Source: Kiritimatiellia bacterium
GTDB lineage: Bacteria > Verrucomicrobiota > Kiritimatiellia > JAAZAB01
DNA: 64,000 nucleotides
NCBI GenBank assembly: GCA_040767085.1
Contig: JAXGPF010000006.1
Location: 1 to 64,000, forward strand
Reading direction: 5' to 3'
The notes beneath the pieces are model-generated. The model made no database searches and had not been told where the DNA came from. It was given only the letters and a program-made list of their open reading frames with translations. This document shows positions 45,950 to 55,085 of this stretch, one piece after another (position 1 is the first letter of the stretch; each line of letters begins with the position of its first letter). Position numbers and translations under genes: made by a program.

Positions 45950-47908
45950 TCACACCTTGAATTGCGCCACTTCCGTCTGCAGGTTACGGGCAGCTTCGCG
46001 CAACTGGGCGGTGGCGGCATTGAACTGGCGCAACGATTCCGTGATCCGGCCGGCGCCGCCGCTGAGCTGACTCAAGGCCTGGCTGATCTGGCGCGTGCCC
46101 TGCGATTGGGTCTGCATGCCGTCGTGCACCGTGTCAAACTGGGGCGCCAGTTCCTTGATCCGGGCAATAATGCCGCCCAATTGCCGGCCGATATTCTCCA
46201 CCTGCTGCGCATCCTGGCCGACTTCGCCGGTGAATTTGTCCATTTCCATGACGCCGGCGGAAACCGCCGACTGCATATCGCGGACCATTTGTTCGATGTC
46301 CAGGGCCGCCACGGCGGTTTGATCGGCAAGGCGGTGGATTTCACGGGCCACCACCGCAAACCCCAGACCGTACTCGCCGGCTTTTTCGGCCTCAATCGAA
46401 GCGTTCAACGAAAGCAGGTTGGTCTGGTCGGCCACCTTGGTAATGGCGGTCACCACGCCGCCGATGTTGCCGGTTTTCTCGTTGATGGCGGCCAGCCGGG
46501 CGGAAATTTCCGACGACGCCGCGACCAGCCGGCGCATGGAAGCATCCATTTCCGTCAAGCCGGTGCGGCCGGCGTCGGCGGTTTGCTCGGCGCCATCGGC
46601 CACGTCGCGGACTTTCTGCATGGTGTGCGACAATTCCTGCGCCGCGGCGGAGATTTCCTTGACAGCGCCCACCACCTGGGTGGTGGATGACTCGAACTCC
46701 GCAATCACCGTTTCCTGCTGGCGCGTGGTCGCCGCCATCTCCGTGGCCGTGGAAACCAGCTGGACGCAGGAGCGGTGCACCTGGCCGACCAGCGCAAACA
46801 GGGCGTCGGTCATGCGGCCGACCGCGTCAAACAGGATGCCGGTCTCATCGCGGCGCGGCTTGCCCCGGCCGCGGAATTCCGCCAGCGCACGCCGGGCTTC
46901 GGTGAGGTTGCCCTGGGCGATCAGTTCCGTCACGCGCACGATGCCGATGATCGGCCGGGTAATCGCGCCGGAAAGCATTAACAGCAAAATCGCCGTCAGC
47001 ATCAGCACCGCGGCGCCGACCGCCAGGTTGACGTTGCGCATGCGATGCGTGGCGCGCATGACTTCGTCCGCCAGGGCCCGGACGACCGCCACCCACCCGA
47101 AAGTCCCATCCGTGCGGAACACGGCCACCACCTCGCTGCCCTGGTAAAAATAGCGCATCCGGCCGTTGTCCTGCTCCATGATGGTCTGGCCGAAAGCGTA
47201 CTCCGACAGGTTGGTCTGAAGCACCAGCGCGGCATCGGGATGGGAAAAAATCATGCCGGCCCGGTCGGCCAGGTAGGCATAGCCCGAGTCGCCGATTTTC
47301 ACTGGCGCCACGAATTTCCGGGTCAGGAATTTCAAATCCAGGGCGCCCAGCAGCACGCCGGCCGGCGCGCCGTCCGCCAATACCGGCGCGGCCACCACCA
47401 GCACCGGGTTGCCGGAAACCATGCTTTTGATCACATCCGAAACTACCACCTGGCCCTGCATGGCCAGTTTGAAATAATCGCGGTGGGCAATATTGACATC
47501 GGCATTCCCGGCCGGCGCGCAGCCCAGGGGGTTGCCCTGACTGTCCGCAAGCATCACCAGCTCGTAAAAAGGGGCATCGCGCCGCACGGCGGCCAGGGCT
47601 TCCTCCGCCGGCGCTGCGGCGCCGGCGGATAAATTGGTGGCCGGGGCGCTGGCCGCCGCGGCGGCCGCGGCCGTCAAAGACGGATCACGGCTCCAGTGGG
47701 TAATTTCACGCCGCCGCTCGACCATCCACGATTCCACGCTCTTGATGGTAAAGTCGGCGACCTGGGTCATGTGATCCCAGGCGGCGGTCTCCATCGCCTC
47801 GCGCGAAATGCGGTAGGTCATGGCGGTCGAGACGCCGAGAGCCAGGGCGAAGAGCAGCAGTGTCGGCAAAACGATCTGCAAGCGTAAGCTGCGGCCGTGT
47901 ATTTTCAT
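45950..47908 (-). CDS. Methyl-accepting chemotaxis protein with dCache sensor and HAMP domain (WspA-like signalling domain)
   Basis: Two TM helices; RDYFK, KIGDSGYAYL and SHPD; VADQTNLLSLNASIEAEKAGEYGLGFAVVAREIHRLADQT. Confidence 0.93.
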   Translation of the reverse strand: MKIHGRSLRLQIVLPTLLLFALALGVSTAMTYRISREAMETAAWDHMTQVADFTIKSVESWMVERRREITHWSRDPSLTAAAAAAASAPATNLSAGAAAPAEEALAAVRRDAPFYELVMLADSQGNPLGCAPAGNADVNIAHRDYFKLAMQGQVVVSDVIKSMVSGNPVLVVAAPVLADGAPAGVLLGALDLKFLTRKFVAPVKIGDSGYAYLADRAGMIFSHPDAALVLQTNLSEYAFGQTIMEQDNGRMRYFYQGSEVVAVFRTDGTFGWVAVVRALADEVMRATHRMRNVNLAVGAAVLMLTAILLLMLSGAITRPIIGIVRVTELIAQGNLTEARRALAEFRGRGKPRRDETGILFDAVGRMTDALFALVGQVHRSCVQLVSTATEMAATTRQQETVIAEFESSTTQVVGAVKEISAAAQELSHTMQKVRDVADGAEQTADAGRTGLTEMDASMRRLVAASSEISARLAAINEKTGNIGGVVTAITKVADQTNLLSLNASIEAEKAGEYGLGFAVVAREIHRLADQTAVAALDIEQMVRDMQSAVSAGVMEMDKFTGEVGQDAQQVENIGRQLGGIIARIKELAPQFDTVHDGMQTQSQGTRQISQALSQLSGGAGRITESLRQFNAATAQLREAARNLQTEVAQFKV

Positions 47909-47921
47909 ATAAACAAGCCAA

Positions 47922-48075
47922 TTTCAAAACTGACGTTTTGAAAGAATTCAGAATACAGGAGTCAGAATTCAGAACAAACACAAAACGTTGATGACAAATA
48001 TGTTGGTTAATATTTCCGATTCTGACTACTGAATTCTGACTACTGAATTCTGCTTTCAAAAGCTGACTTTTGCAA
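47922..48075. repeat. Symmetric composite: palindrome B copy 3 (47922-47943), inverted heptamer arrays, palindrome B copy 4 (48054-48075)
   Basis: TTTCAAAAC-TGAC-GTTTTGAAA; GAATTCAGAATACAGGAGTCAGAATTCAGAA versus TTCTGACTACTGAATTCTGACTACTGAATTCTG; TTTCAAAAG-CTGA-CTTTTGCAA. Confidence 0.8.
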
Positions 48076-48087
48076 GCGACTAAACCA

Positions 48088-49500
48088 TCAACCCGGCTTG
48101 ATCGCCGGCAGGCTGGCGGCGGCAATCGCCTGGCCCACCCGCCGGCTGGCTTCATCCGGCACGGCCAGGTTGACGGACCCGGCCAGCTCGGGAAATTCCG
48201 TCCGCAGCACGCGCAGCGCCTGTTCCCGGACGATTTCGCCGCCGGGTCCGGAAGTGACGCGGCCCAGCATCAACACATGCTCCAAATCATAAAATTCCGC
48301 GTAGTGCGCCAGGGTATAACCGAGCCAGACGCCGATGGTTTCGTAAATCCGGCGGGCGCGCGGGTCGTCCGCGCGCATCAAGGCCTGGACATCCTGCAAA
48401 CGTTCCGGCAGCGTCCGGCGCTGGTCCAGCGCAATGCTCGCCGGAGCGGCGAGGCGGTCTACGGCCACCTGCGAAAAATACTGCGCGCCCACCCCGCGGT
48501 CGCCCGACCACTCGTCAGCCGGCGCGCGGGGATTGTAATCCACCGGCGCAAATGCCAACTCATCCAGCCAGCCGGGCAGGTTGCCGGCGCCGTCCACATA
48601 ACCGGCCGCCAGGCTGGAGCCCATGGCAATGCCCAGGATGCGATTGACGCCCAGCGACATGGACCCGGCCAGAGCGGTTACTTCGCCGTCGTTGATGACT
48701 TCGAAGGGGATGTTGCCCCAAGCCCGGCGCAGTTCGCCGAACAAGCCCCGGACCCGGCTTTCAAACAAATCCCGGGGCACGCCCCGGAACAAAGAGGCAA
48801 TCCGCACGCTGTTATTGACATAAATCCCGGCGGCGGATCCGCCAATGGCGTCCACGCGCGGCAAATGCCCGGCCGCCTTGCGCAAGGCGGCCATGATTTC
48901 ATCGAAATGATATTGCGGGTCCGCCTGGTTTTTGGGATCCCAGACCACTTCCTCGCTGAAAACCGGACGCCCATCCATGACGGCGGCGACTTTGCGGTCG
49001 CTGGCGCCCAGGTCAAATCCGATGCGGCAGCCTTCCAGATGCCGGCCCAGGGGTTGGCTTTGCAGGCTATCCGGCGGCAGACTGGCATATTCGCATGTTT
49101 CCACGGTAAAAGGACGTTCGTAAACATCCGCCATCAAAGCGGCGTCAAACCGCCGCGGACCGTCCAGCGCGTAGGCGCGCCGCAGGGCTGCGCCGATGGA
49201 GGGCGGACCGGCAATCACCACCCGCCAGCCGCCCCGCTGCCAGAGCAGGAATTTCAAAATCCGCTCGGCCAGAGGCAGATTGGCCGCCGCGCGGGGATGG
49301 TCTTCCGGCAAGATGCGCGTATGGAAACTGGACCGGACGCCATCGGCAGATTCCACGGCAATTGCCAGCGGCGCGCCGCCACCGGCTTCTTCCACCGCCT
49401 GCCGCATGCGCCGATGCGCGAGGCAGGGCGGCCGGAAATGCACATCCAACGGCGGCGTCACCGCCGGTTGATCCAAAAGCCATTGCATTGACTGATCCAT
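48088..49500 (-). CDS. ROK-family sugar kinase/regulator-like protein with an N-terminal extension
   Basis: IGFDLGASDRK, INDGEVTALAG, GIAMGSSLAAGY and VLMLGRV. Confidence 0.8.
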   Translation of the reverse strand: MDQSMQWLLDQPAVTPPLDVHFRPPCLAHRRMRQAVEEAGGGAPLAIAVESADGVRSSFHTRILPEDHPRAAANLPLAERILKFLLWQRGGWRVVIAGPPSIGAALRRAYALDGPRRFDAALMADVYERPFTVETCEYASLPPDSLQSQPLGRHLEGCRIGFDLGASDRKVAAVMDGRPVFSEEVVWDPKNQADPQYHFDEIMAALRKAAGHLPRVDAIGGSAAGIYVNNSVRIASLFRGVPRDLFESRVRGLFGELRRAWGNIPFEVINDGEVTALAGSMSLGVNRILGIAMGSSLAAGYVDGAGNLPGWLDELAFAPVDYNPRAPADEWSGDRGVGAQYFSQVAVDRLAAPASIALDQRRTLPERLQDVQALMRADDPRARRIYETIGVWLGYTLAHYAEFYDLEHVLMLGRVTSGPGGEIVREQALRVLRTEFPELAGSVNLAVPDEASRRVGQAIAAASLPAIKPG

Positions 49501-49737
49501 GATACCGCAACTCCCGATCGTTTTACAGTCCGTATCACCCGCGCCGGCCGGGCCGGCCATGCTTGGGTATATGCTCCCTGAAACCAGGCTAAAAGTCAAT
49601 CCTGAATATCGCTTGCAAGCCGCCGTTTAAATCCTTACACTTGTTTGTTCACGGTTCAGGTTGAGTATTGTGTCGGGGGGTTGTGTTCGGTGTTCGGTGT
49701 TAGGGTTCAACCGTAACGGTAAAAAGGAGTTTTGGCT

Positions 49738-50157
49738 ATGCAAGCGGATTGTGTATTCTGTAAAATTGTCCAGGGGATCTTGCCCTCCACGCGCATTTTT
49801 GAAGACCGGCTGAGCCTGGTGTTCCTTGATATCGCCCCGATTATCAAGGGGCACGCCCTGGTAATCCCCAAGGAACATTACGATCCCATCACTGCGGTGC
49901 CGGAATCCTTGCTGCAGCACCTGATTATCGTGGCGCGCCGGGTAGCCGCCGCCCAGGTTGCCGGACTGCAGGCCGACGGCGTGAATATCATGCAGGCCAA
50001 TGGCGCGGCGGCCGGGCAAGTGGTGCCGCACATGCATTTCCATATTATTCCGCGCTTCAGCCATGACGGGCATCACTGGAACTGGAAAACGACGCCATAC
50101 GCCAATCCGGAAGAAATGCAAACACTGGCGGCCAGGCTGCGAAAAGGCTTGATTTAA
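49738..50157 (+). CDS. HIT-family nucleotide hydrolase
   Basis: DCVFCKI, GHALVIPKEH and GQVVPHMHFHIIPR; RBS AGGAG. Confidence 0.95.
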   Translation: MQADCVFCKIVQGILPSTRIFEDRLSLVFLDIAPIIKGHALVIPKEHYDPITAVPESLLQHLIIVARRVAAAQVAGLQADGVNIMQANGAAAGQVVPHMHFHIIPRFSHDGHHWNWKTTPYANPEEMQTLAARLRKGLI

Positions 50158-50184
50158 ACGGCTTTATGGGTAAAATGTTGCGCC

Positions 50185-50595
50185 ATGAAAAAGAACAATG
50201 CGGTTGAAGCGCTCAACCAGATTTTGCAGGAAGACCCACGCTACTCGGCGGAAGCGTATCATTTCCTGCGGGAGTCGCTGGATTTTACGACCAAACTCCT
50301 GAATAAACCCAAGGCGGGAGCATCCCGGCACGTATCCGGAAAAGAGTTGCTGGAAGGCATCCGCCGTTACGCCCTGCAGGAGTACGGCGCCATGTCCAAA
50401 ACAGTGTTAAACACCTGGGGCATATTCCGTTGCGAGGATTTCTGGTACATAACATCCAACTTGATCAAAAAAGGCATCCTGGGCTGCACTCCGGAAGACT
50501 CCATTCACGATTTTGAGAATGGATATGATTTTCAGGAGGCATTCCGCGTCCCGTTCGAGCCGGATAAAGCCGCGCGCCGGCCGTGCAAGAGTTGA
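50185..50595 (+). CDS. Minf_1886-like protein (PVC-associated, unknown function)
   Basis: DPRYSAEAYHFLRESLDFT...RHVSGKELLEGIR..ALQEYG...WGI..CEDF...DSIHDF. Confidence 0.8.
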   Translation: MKKNNAVEALNQILQEDPRYSAEAYHFLRESLDFTTKLLNKPKAGASRHVSGKELLEGIRRYALQEYGAMSKTVLNTWGIFRCEDFWYITSNLIKKGILGCTPEDSIHDFENGYDFQEAFRVPFEPDKAARRPCKS

Positions 50596-50796
50596 CCGCG
50601 TATGGCCAAAAGCATAGGACCATCTTCCACTCCGGATGTTACATTGATAGCCTGCCCATCGTCTCCGGCAGCCTTTTACAACATGCAAGCTTGCGCTTGT
50701 AGCTTGCACGGCCACATCGGAGGGCGGCAAGCTTTAGACCTGCCCCTGCCAGGCAACGCGCGGCAGGCAGGCGGCGGCCGGGCGGCCGCCTTGATT

Positions 50797-53451
50797 GTGA
50801 ACGCAAACCGCTTAGTTTGGAGTTTGATCATGTTATGTTCTTCCCTGGCCTTCGCCGCCGCGCCGGATGTCAGCCCCGCCGCTGACGGCGCTTTCCCGCA
50901 TAACCTGCGATCCGGCCTGTCCCGGCTGGTGCTGGATAACGGCATGAAAGTCATTCTGCGGGCGGAACGCACGGCGCCCGTCGTTTCCGTCCAATTCTGG
51001 GTCGGCACCGGTTCAGCGCACGAACAGGAACTACTGGGCGCCGGGCTTTCCCATTTGATTGAGCACATGATCTTCAAGGGCACTCCCACCCGCGGGCCGG
51101 CGGAAATTTCCCGCGCCATCAGCGATGTCGGCGGCCTGATCAACGCCTATACTTCGGTGGATCGGACGGTGTTTTTCGTGGATTTGCCGGCCGCCAACTG
51201 GCAGACGGGATTTGAAATCCTGGCCGACGCCCTGCGCCATGCTGCCTTCCCGGAGGATGAATGGCGGCGGGAAAAGGAAGTCATTCTCCGGGAAATGGCC
51301 ATGTGCCGCGATAACCCCGACAATGAAATCTCGCGCCTGCTGCTCGAAACCGCCTACCGCGTGCATCCCTACCGCGTGCCGATAATCGGATACGAAGACA
51401 TCTTCCGGCGTCTGACCAGGGAAGATTTGCTGAACTTCTTTCAACGCCATTACACCCCGGACAACATGATCCTGGCGATTGCCGGGGATATTGACGTCGC
51501 GGCCGCTGCCGAAACGGTCAAGGCGGCTTTTAAAGATTTTACCCGTCGCCCGCGCGCCCCGCTGGTTTTACCGGCCGAGCCGGCTCAACTCAGTCCGCGC
51601 AGCGAGCGGCGCACCGGCCCGCACCAGGTCGGTCGCCTGGAGCAATCCTGGCACACCGTTTCCCTGGAACACCCGGATGCCCCGGCCCTGGACATGCTGG
51701 CCATCGTTACCAGCGGCGGCCGGAGCGCCCGGCTGGTCAGCCGGGTGGTCGAGCGCGACAAGCTGGCGCATCGCATCGATACCTGGTCGTTTAACCCGGC
51801 GGAACCCGGCCTGTTCGGCATCAGCGCCGTTTTCGACCCGGCGCAGGAAACCGCATTATGCGCGGCCATTGAAGACGAAATCCGCGCCTGGCGCCAGGGC
51901 CCCTTCAGCCGTGAAGAGACGGAAAAGGCCCGGCGCATGGTCCTGAACCGGGTCATGCAGGAATGGCAGACAGCCCATGGCCAGGCGCGCAACCTGGCAT
52001 CCGGCGAATTCTACGCCGGCGATCCGCTTTTCATGGAACATTATTTACAGCGGCTGCATCAGGTGACGCCGGAAGATTTGAGCCGCGTGGCGCAAACCTA
52101 CCTGACTCATGCCGGCCGCACCAGCGCCTTCCTGCTGCCTCAGACCGCCGAAGCCGTTCCCGCGGAAATTCCGCCGGCCACGATCATGCCGGCCGTGCAA
52201 AAAAACGCCTTGAGCAGCGGCATGCCCCTGCTGACCATGGAAAACCGGCGCCTGCCGCTGGTCAACATCTGCGTGGCGCTCCAGGGCGGATTGCGGTATG
52301 AAACGCCGGAAAACAACGGCATTACCTGCATGATGGCCGAATTGCTGACCCGCGGCTCGATCGGCCGTTCCGCCAGCCAGATTGCCGAACTGGTGGACAG
52401 CCGCGGCGGCGCTTTCACGGCCTTCGCCGGGCAGAATAGTTTCGGTTTGCAGGCACAATGCCTGGCGGACGACGCGGAAATTTTCATGGAATTGCTGGCG
52501 GAAGGATTGCTGCGCCCGGTGTTCGAGGGAGCCGAAGTCGAAAAACGCCGCCAGATACAACTGGCGCTGATTGCCCAGCAATTGGAGTCGCCCCTGTTCC
52601 TGGCCCAGCAATCCCTGCGACAGATGCTCTTCCCGGGGCACCCCTACCGTTTCGCGCCGGAAGGCCAGCCGGAAACCGTCGCGCGCATTACGGCCGGCGA
52701 CCTGCGCGCGTATCATGCCCGCCTGGCGGTGTCCGGCAACGCGGTGCTGGCGGTGTTCGGCGATATTGATCCAGACCGCGCGGCGGCGCTGGCGGAGAAA
52801 TACCTGCGGGCCATCCCCCGGGGCCCCGGCCCGGCGGTGGAACGGGAGCCGCCGGCGGCGGAAATCAAGCTGCCGGAGGAGCGGGTGCAACTGGCCCCCA
52901 AGGAGCAAACCATCCTCATGCAGGGGTTCCCCGGCGTGACACTGCTCGATCCGCGGGTGGATGCGTTGAACCTGCTGCAAACCATCCTGAGCGGACTTTC
53001 CTCCGACCTGCTGATCAATATCCGCGACAAGGAAGGGCTGGCCTATTTCGCCGGCGCCATTCACCGGCCGGGCATCGAGCCGGGATTGTTCGCGGTGTAT
53101 GCCGGCATTCATCAAAATGCGCTGGAACGGGTGAAACAATTAATGGCGGAGGAGTTGACGCGTCTGGCCGGCGGCGGCATCCGGCCCGAGGAACTCGACC
53201 GGGCGCGCGCACAAATGCTTTCACGCCATCTGCACAACCTGCAACTTAACGGCGAACTGGCCCAGGAATGCTCCTTGAACGAACTGTACGGGCTGGGCTA
53301 TGATTTCAGTTTCCGTCTCGAGCAGCGTTTGCGGCAGATTACCGCGGCGGACCTGGCTGCGGCCGCGGGCCTCTTCGCGCCTGGGCGCATGGCCACCGCC
53401 GTGGTTGCGCCGGACAGCCAGGCCGGAGTGCCGGCCGCAGTGGGAGAATAA
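50797..53451 (+). CDS. M16 (pitrilysin/insulinase) zinc peptidase, fused two-module form
   Basis: GLSHLIEHMIFKGT (HxxEH), INAYTS, YTPDNM and IRDKEGLAY; signal-like N-terminus from GTG 50797 (start uncertain). Confidence 0.92.
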   Translation: MNANRLVWSLIMLCSSLAFAAAPDVSPAADGAFPHNLRSGLSRLVLDNGMKVILRAERTAPVVSVQFWVGTGSAHEQELLGAGLSHLIEHMIFKGTPTRGPAEISRAISDVGGLINAYTSVDRTVFFVDLPAANWQTGFEILADALRHAAFPEDEWRREKEVILREMAMCRDNPDNEISRLLLETAYRVHPYRVPIIGYEDIFRRLTREDLLNFFQRHYTPDNMILAIAGDIDVAAAAETVKAAFKDFTRRPRAPLVLPAEPAQLSPRSERRTGPHQVGRLEQSWHTVSLEHPDAPALDMLAIVTSGGRSARLVSRVVERDKLAHRIDTWSFNPAEPGLFGISAVFDPAQETALCAAIEDEIRAWRQGPFSREETEKARRMVLNRVMQEWQTAHGQARNLASGEFYAGDPLFMEHYLQRLHQVTPEDLSRVAQTYLTHAGRTSAFLLPQTAEAVPAEIPPATIMPAVQKNALSSGMPLLTMENRRLPLVNICVALQGGLRYETPENNGITCMMAELLTRGSIGRSASQIAELVDSRGGAFTAFAGQNSFGLQAQCLADDAEIFMELLAEGLLRPVFEGAEVEKRRQIQLALIAQQLESPLFLAQQSLRQMLFPGHPYRFAPEGQPETVARITAGDLRAYHARLAVSGNAVLAVFGDIDPDRAAALAEKYLRAIPRGPGPAVEREPPAAEIKLPEERVQLAPKEQTILMQGFPGVTLLDPRVDALNLLQTILSGLSSDLLINIRDKEGLAYFAGAIHRPGIEPGLFAVYAGIHQNALERVKQLMAEELTRLAGGGIRPEELDRARAQMLSRHLHNLQLNGELAQECSLNELYGLGYDFSFRLEQRLRQITAADLAAAAGLFAPGRMATAVVAPDSQAGVPAAVGE

Positions 53452-53468
53452 CAAAGGAGGGCTTGACC

Positions 53469-53924
53469 ATGACCGACAAAAAGCAGCCGGATCAGAACAA
53501 AATCCTGTTCGTCAACATGGTTTCCATGCTGACCATGTCAGCCATGCACCAGTTGGGCAAGATCATCAATCCGGCCACCGGCAAGGCGGAAACCAGCCTC
53601 GAAGGCGCGCAAGCCACCATTGACATGCTGGATATGCTGAGCGCCAAGACCCGCGGCAATCTCGACGAGGAAGAGGGCAAGATGCTGGCGGACACCCTGA
53701 CCATGTTGAAATTGAATTACGTGGAAACCAGCAAGATGGCGCCGGCGGACGGCCAAAAGACGCGGCAGCCGGATGGAGAAAAATCGTCTGCCGCCGCCAA
53801 ACAACCGGCGGATGCCGGCGCCCCAAAAACCGGCGCCGGCAGCGCGCCCGCCGGCACAGGCCAACCACAGTCCGAACCCAAGCCGCCGTCATCCGACGCC
53901 AAGTTCCACAAAAGTTACGGGTGA
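53469..53924 (+). CDS. DUF1844-like protein
   Basis: QLGKIINP...AQATIDMLDML..KTRGNL..EE...L..LKLNYV; RBS AGGAGG. Confidence 0.85.
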   Translation: MTDKKQPDQNKILFVNMVSMLTMSAMHQLGKIINPATGKAETSLEGAQATIDMLDMLSAKTRGNLDEEEGKMLADTLTMLKLNYVETSKMAPADGQKTRQPDGEKSSAAAKQPADAGAPKTGAGSAPAGTGQPQSEPKPPSSDAKFHKSYG

Positions 53925-53943
53925 TTTGAGCGTCCGATCCGAT

Positions 53944-54119
53944 GGTAGGGCGAGACCCCGCTCAAAGCGGGGTAAACCTCCGGCTTGTCCCGCTTGGCGC
54001 GGGAGCGAGCCGTCCGCCCGCGGCTCCGTCGGAGACGTCGCCCTACCCCAGGAAACGTCGCCCTACCCCAGGAAACGTCGCCCTACCCCAGGAGACGTCG
54101 CCCGTCCGGAGACGTCGCC
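53944..54119. repeat. REP-like cluster: interrupted REP, inverted partner and 20-bp tandem array (54031-54103)
   Basis: GGTAGGGCGAGAC...GCGAGCCG; CGGCTCCGTCGGAGACGTCGCCCTACC; GGA(G/A)ACGTCGCCCTACCCCA in about 3.6 copies; between convergent genes. Confidence 0.9.
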
Positions 54120-54149
54120 TTTTCATCCAGCACTCCGCACGATTGAATA

Positions 54150-55019
54150 TTAATCCGCCGCGACGGCGTTAATATCGGCCGAGAAACCGCCGGCCTCGAT
54201 GAAGGTAGCCTGCATCCGGCGGTTTACCATCTCGTTTTCTCCCGAATCGAAATCCCCCTGGAGGGTGCCGGCGATGGTGATCGCGTAGCCAGCCGAAGAA
54301 CCGCTGGCCGAAAACTGGGCGAATACCTGGGCGTCTTCCGGGATAACTACGCTGGGGTCAGATGCGTCATAGTTGCCGCCAGTGGTATTCATGTCGCCGA
54401 TATTCCCTTCATAAACCGCGCCATTGCTGTCCACCAGGCGCAGGGTATTGCCCGTATGATAGACGACGAAGGAATAAATCGCCTGGCCATGGTTGCCCTG
54501 GCCGGCGTCCTCCTGGGTGACGAGATACATGTAATTGGCCTTGATCGGCGTGCCCGCGGCGATCGGCGCGGGAAATTTCAGCGTCCAGACCCGGCTGGCG
54601 TAGTTGATGGTGCCGGAACTACCGTCAGCGGGCGAGACCGAGAGATTATAAGTGCCCAAGCCTGTATTCGCCGTGGCGTCAGTGAACCGGTAAGAACCGA
54701 CAATGATCGTCAAGGTGCCGGGAATCGGCACGCCATGAATGGTGCCGGAGAACTCCGTCGTCATGCCGTCGCCGGTCCCGATGACCTCATCGCGCGAACT
54801 GTTGGTAACGGAAATGGTACCCAGCATGTTCGTGCGGCCGAATTCGCGCACCAGCACCCTGCCGTCCGGGGCGCGATAATTGCCGCTGAAATTCGCCCAG
54901 TCATAACCGGTGCTCACCCAGGTATCCACTCCGCCGCCGCTGGTCCATTCGCAGCCGGTCATACCCAGAACCATCAATCCCATCCCCGCCAATCCCGCGA
55001 ACACTAACTTGCTCTTCAT
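54150..55019 (-). CDS. Hypothetical beta-rich lipoprotein
   Basis: Lipobox GMTGC after a hydrophobic stretch; contains IGTGDGMTTEFSGT...GTINY. Confidence 0.75.
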   Translation of the reverse strand: MKSKLVFAGLAGMGLMVLGMTGCEWTSGGGVDTWVSTGYDWANFSGNYRAPDGRVLVREFGRTNMLGTISVTNSSRDEVIGTGDGMTTEFSGTIHGVPIPGTLTIIVGSYRFTDATANTGLGTYNLSVSPADGSSGTINYASRVWTLKFPAPIAAGTPIKANYMYLVTQEDAGQGNHGQAIYSFVVYHTGNTLRLVDSNGAVYEGNIGDMNTTGGNYDASDPSVVIPEDAQVFAQFSASGSSAGYAITIAGTLQGDFDSGENEMVNRRMQATFIEAGGFSADINAVAAD

Positions 55020-55085
55020 TGATTTCCTCATTATTTTCCCCGGCATCTCTGCCTCGTTACATGTTGTTTATATTGTCAGGGCGAC

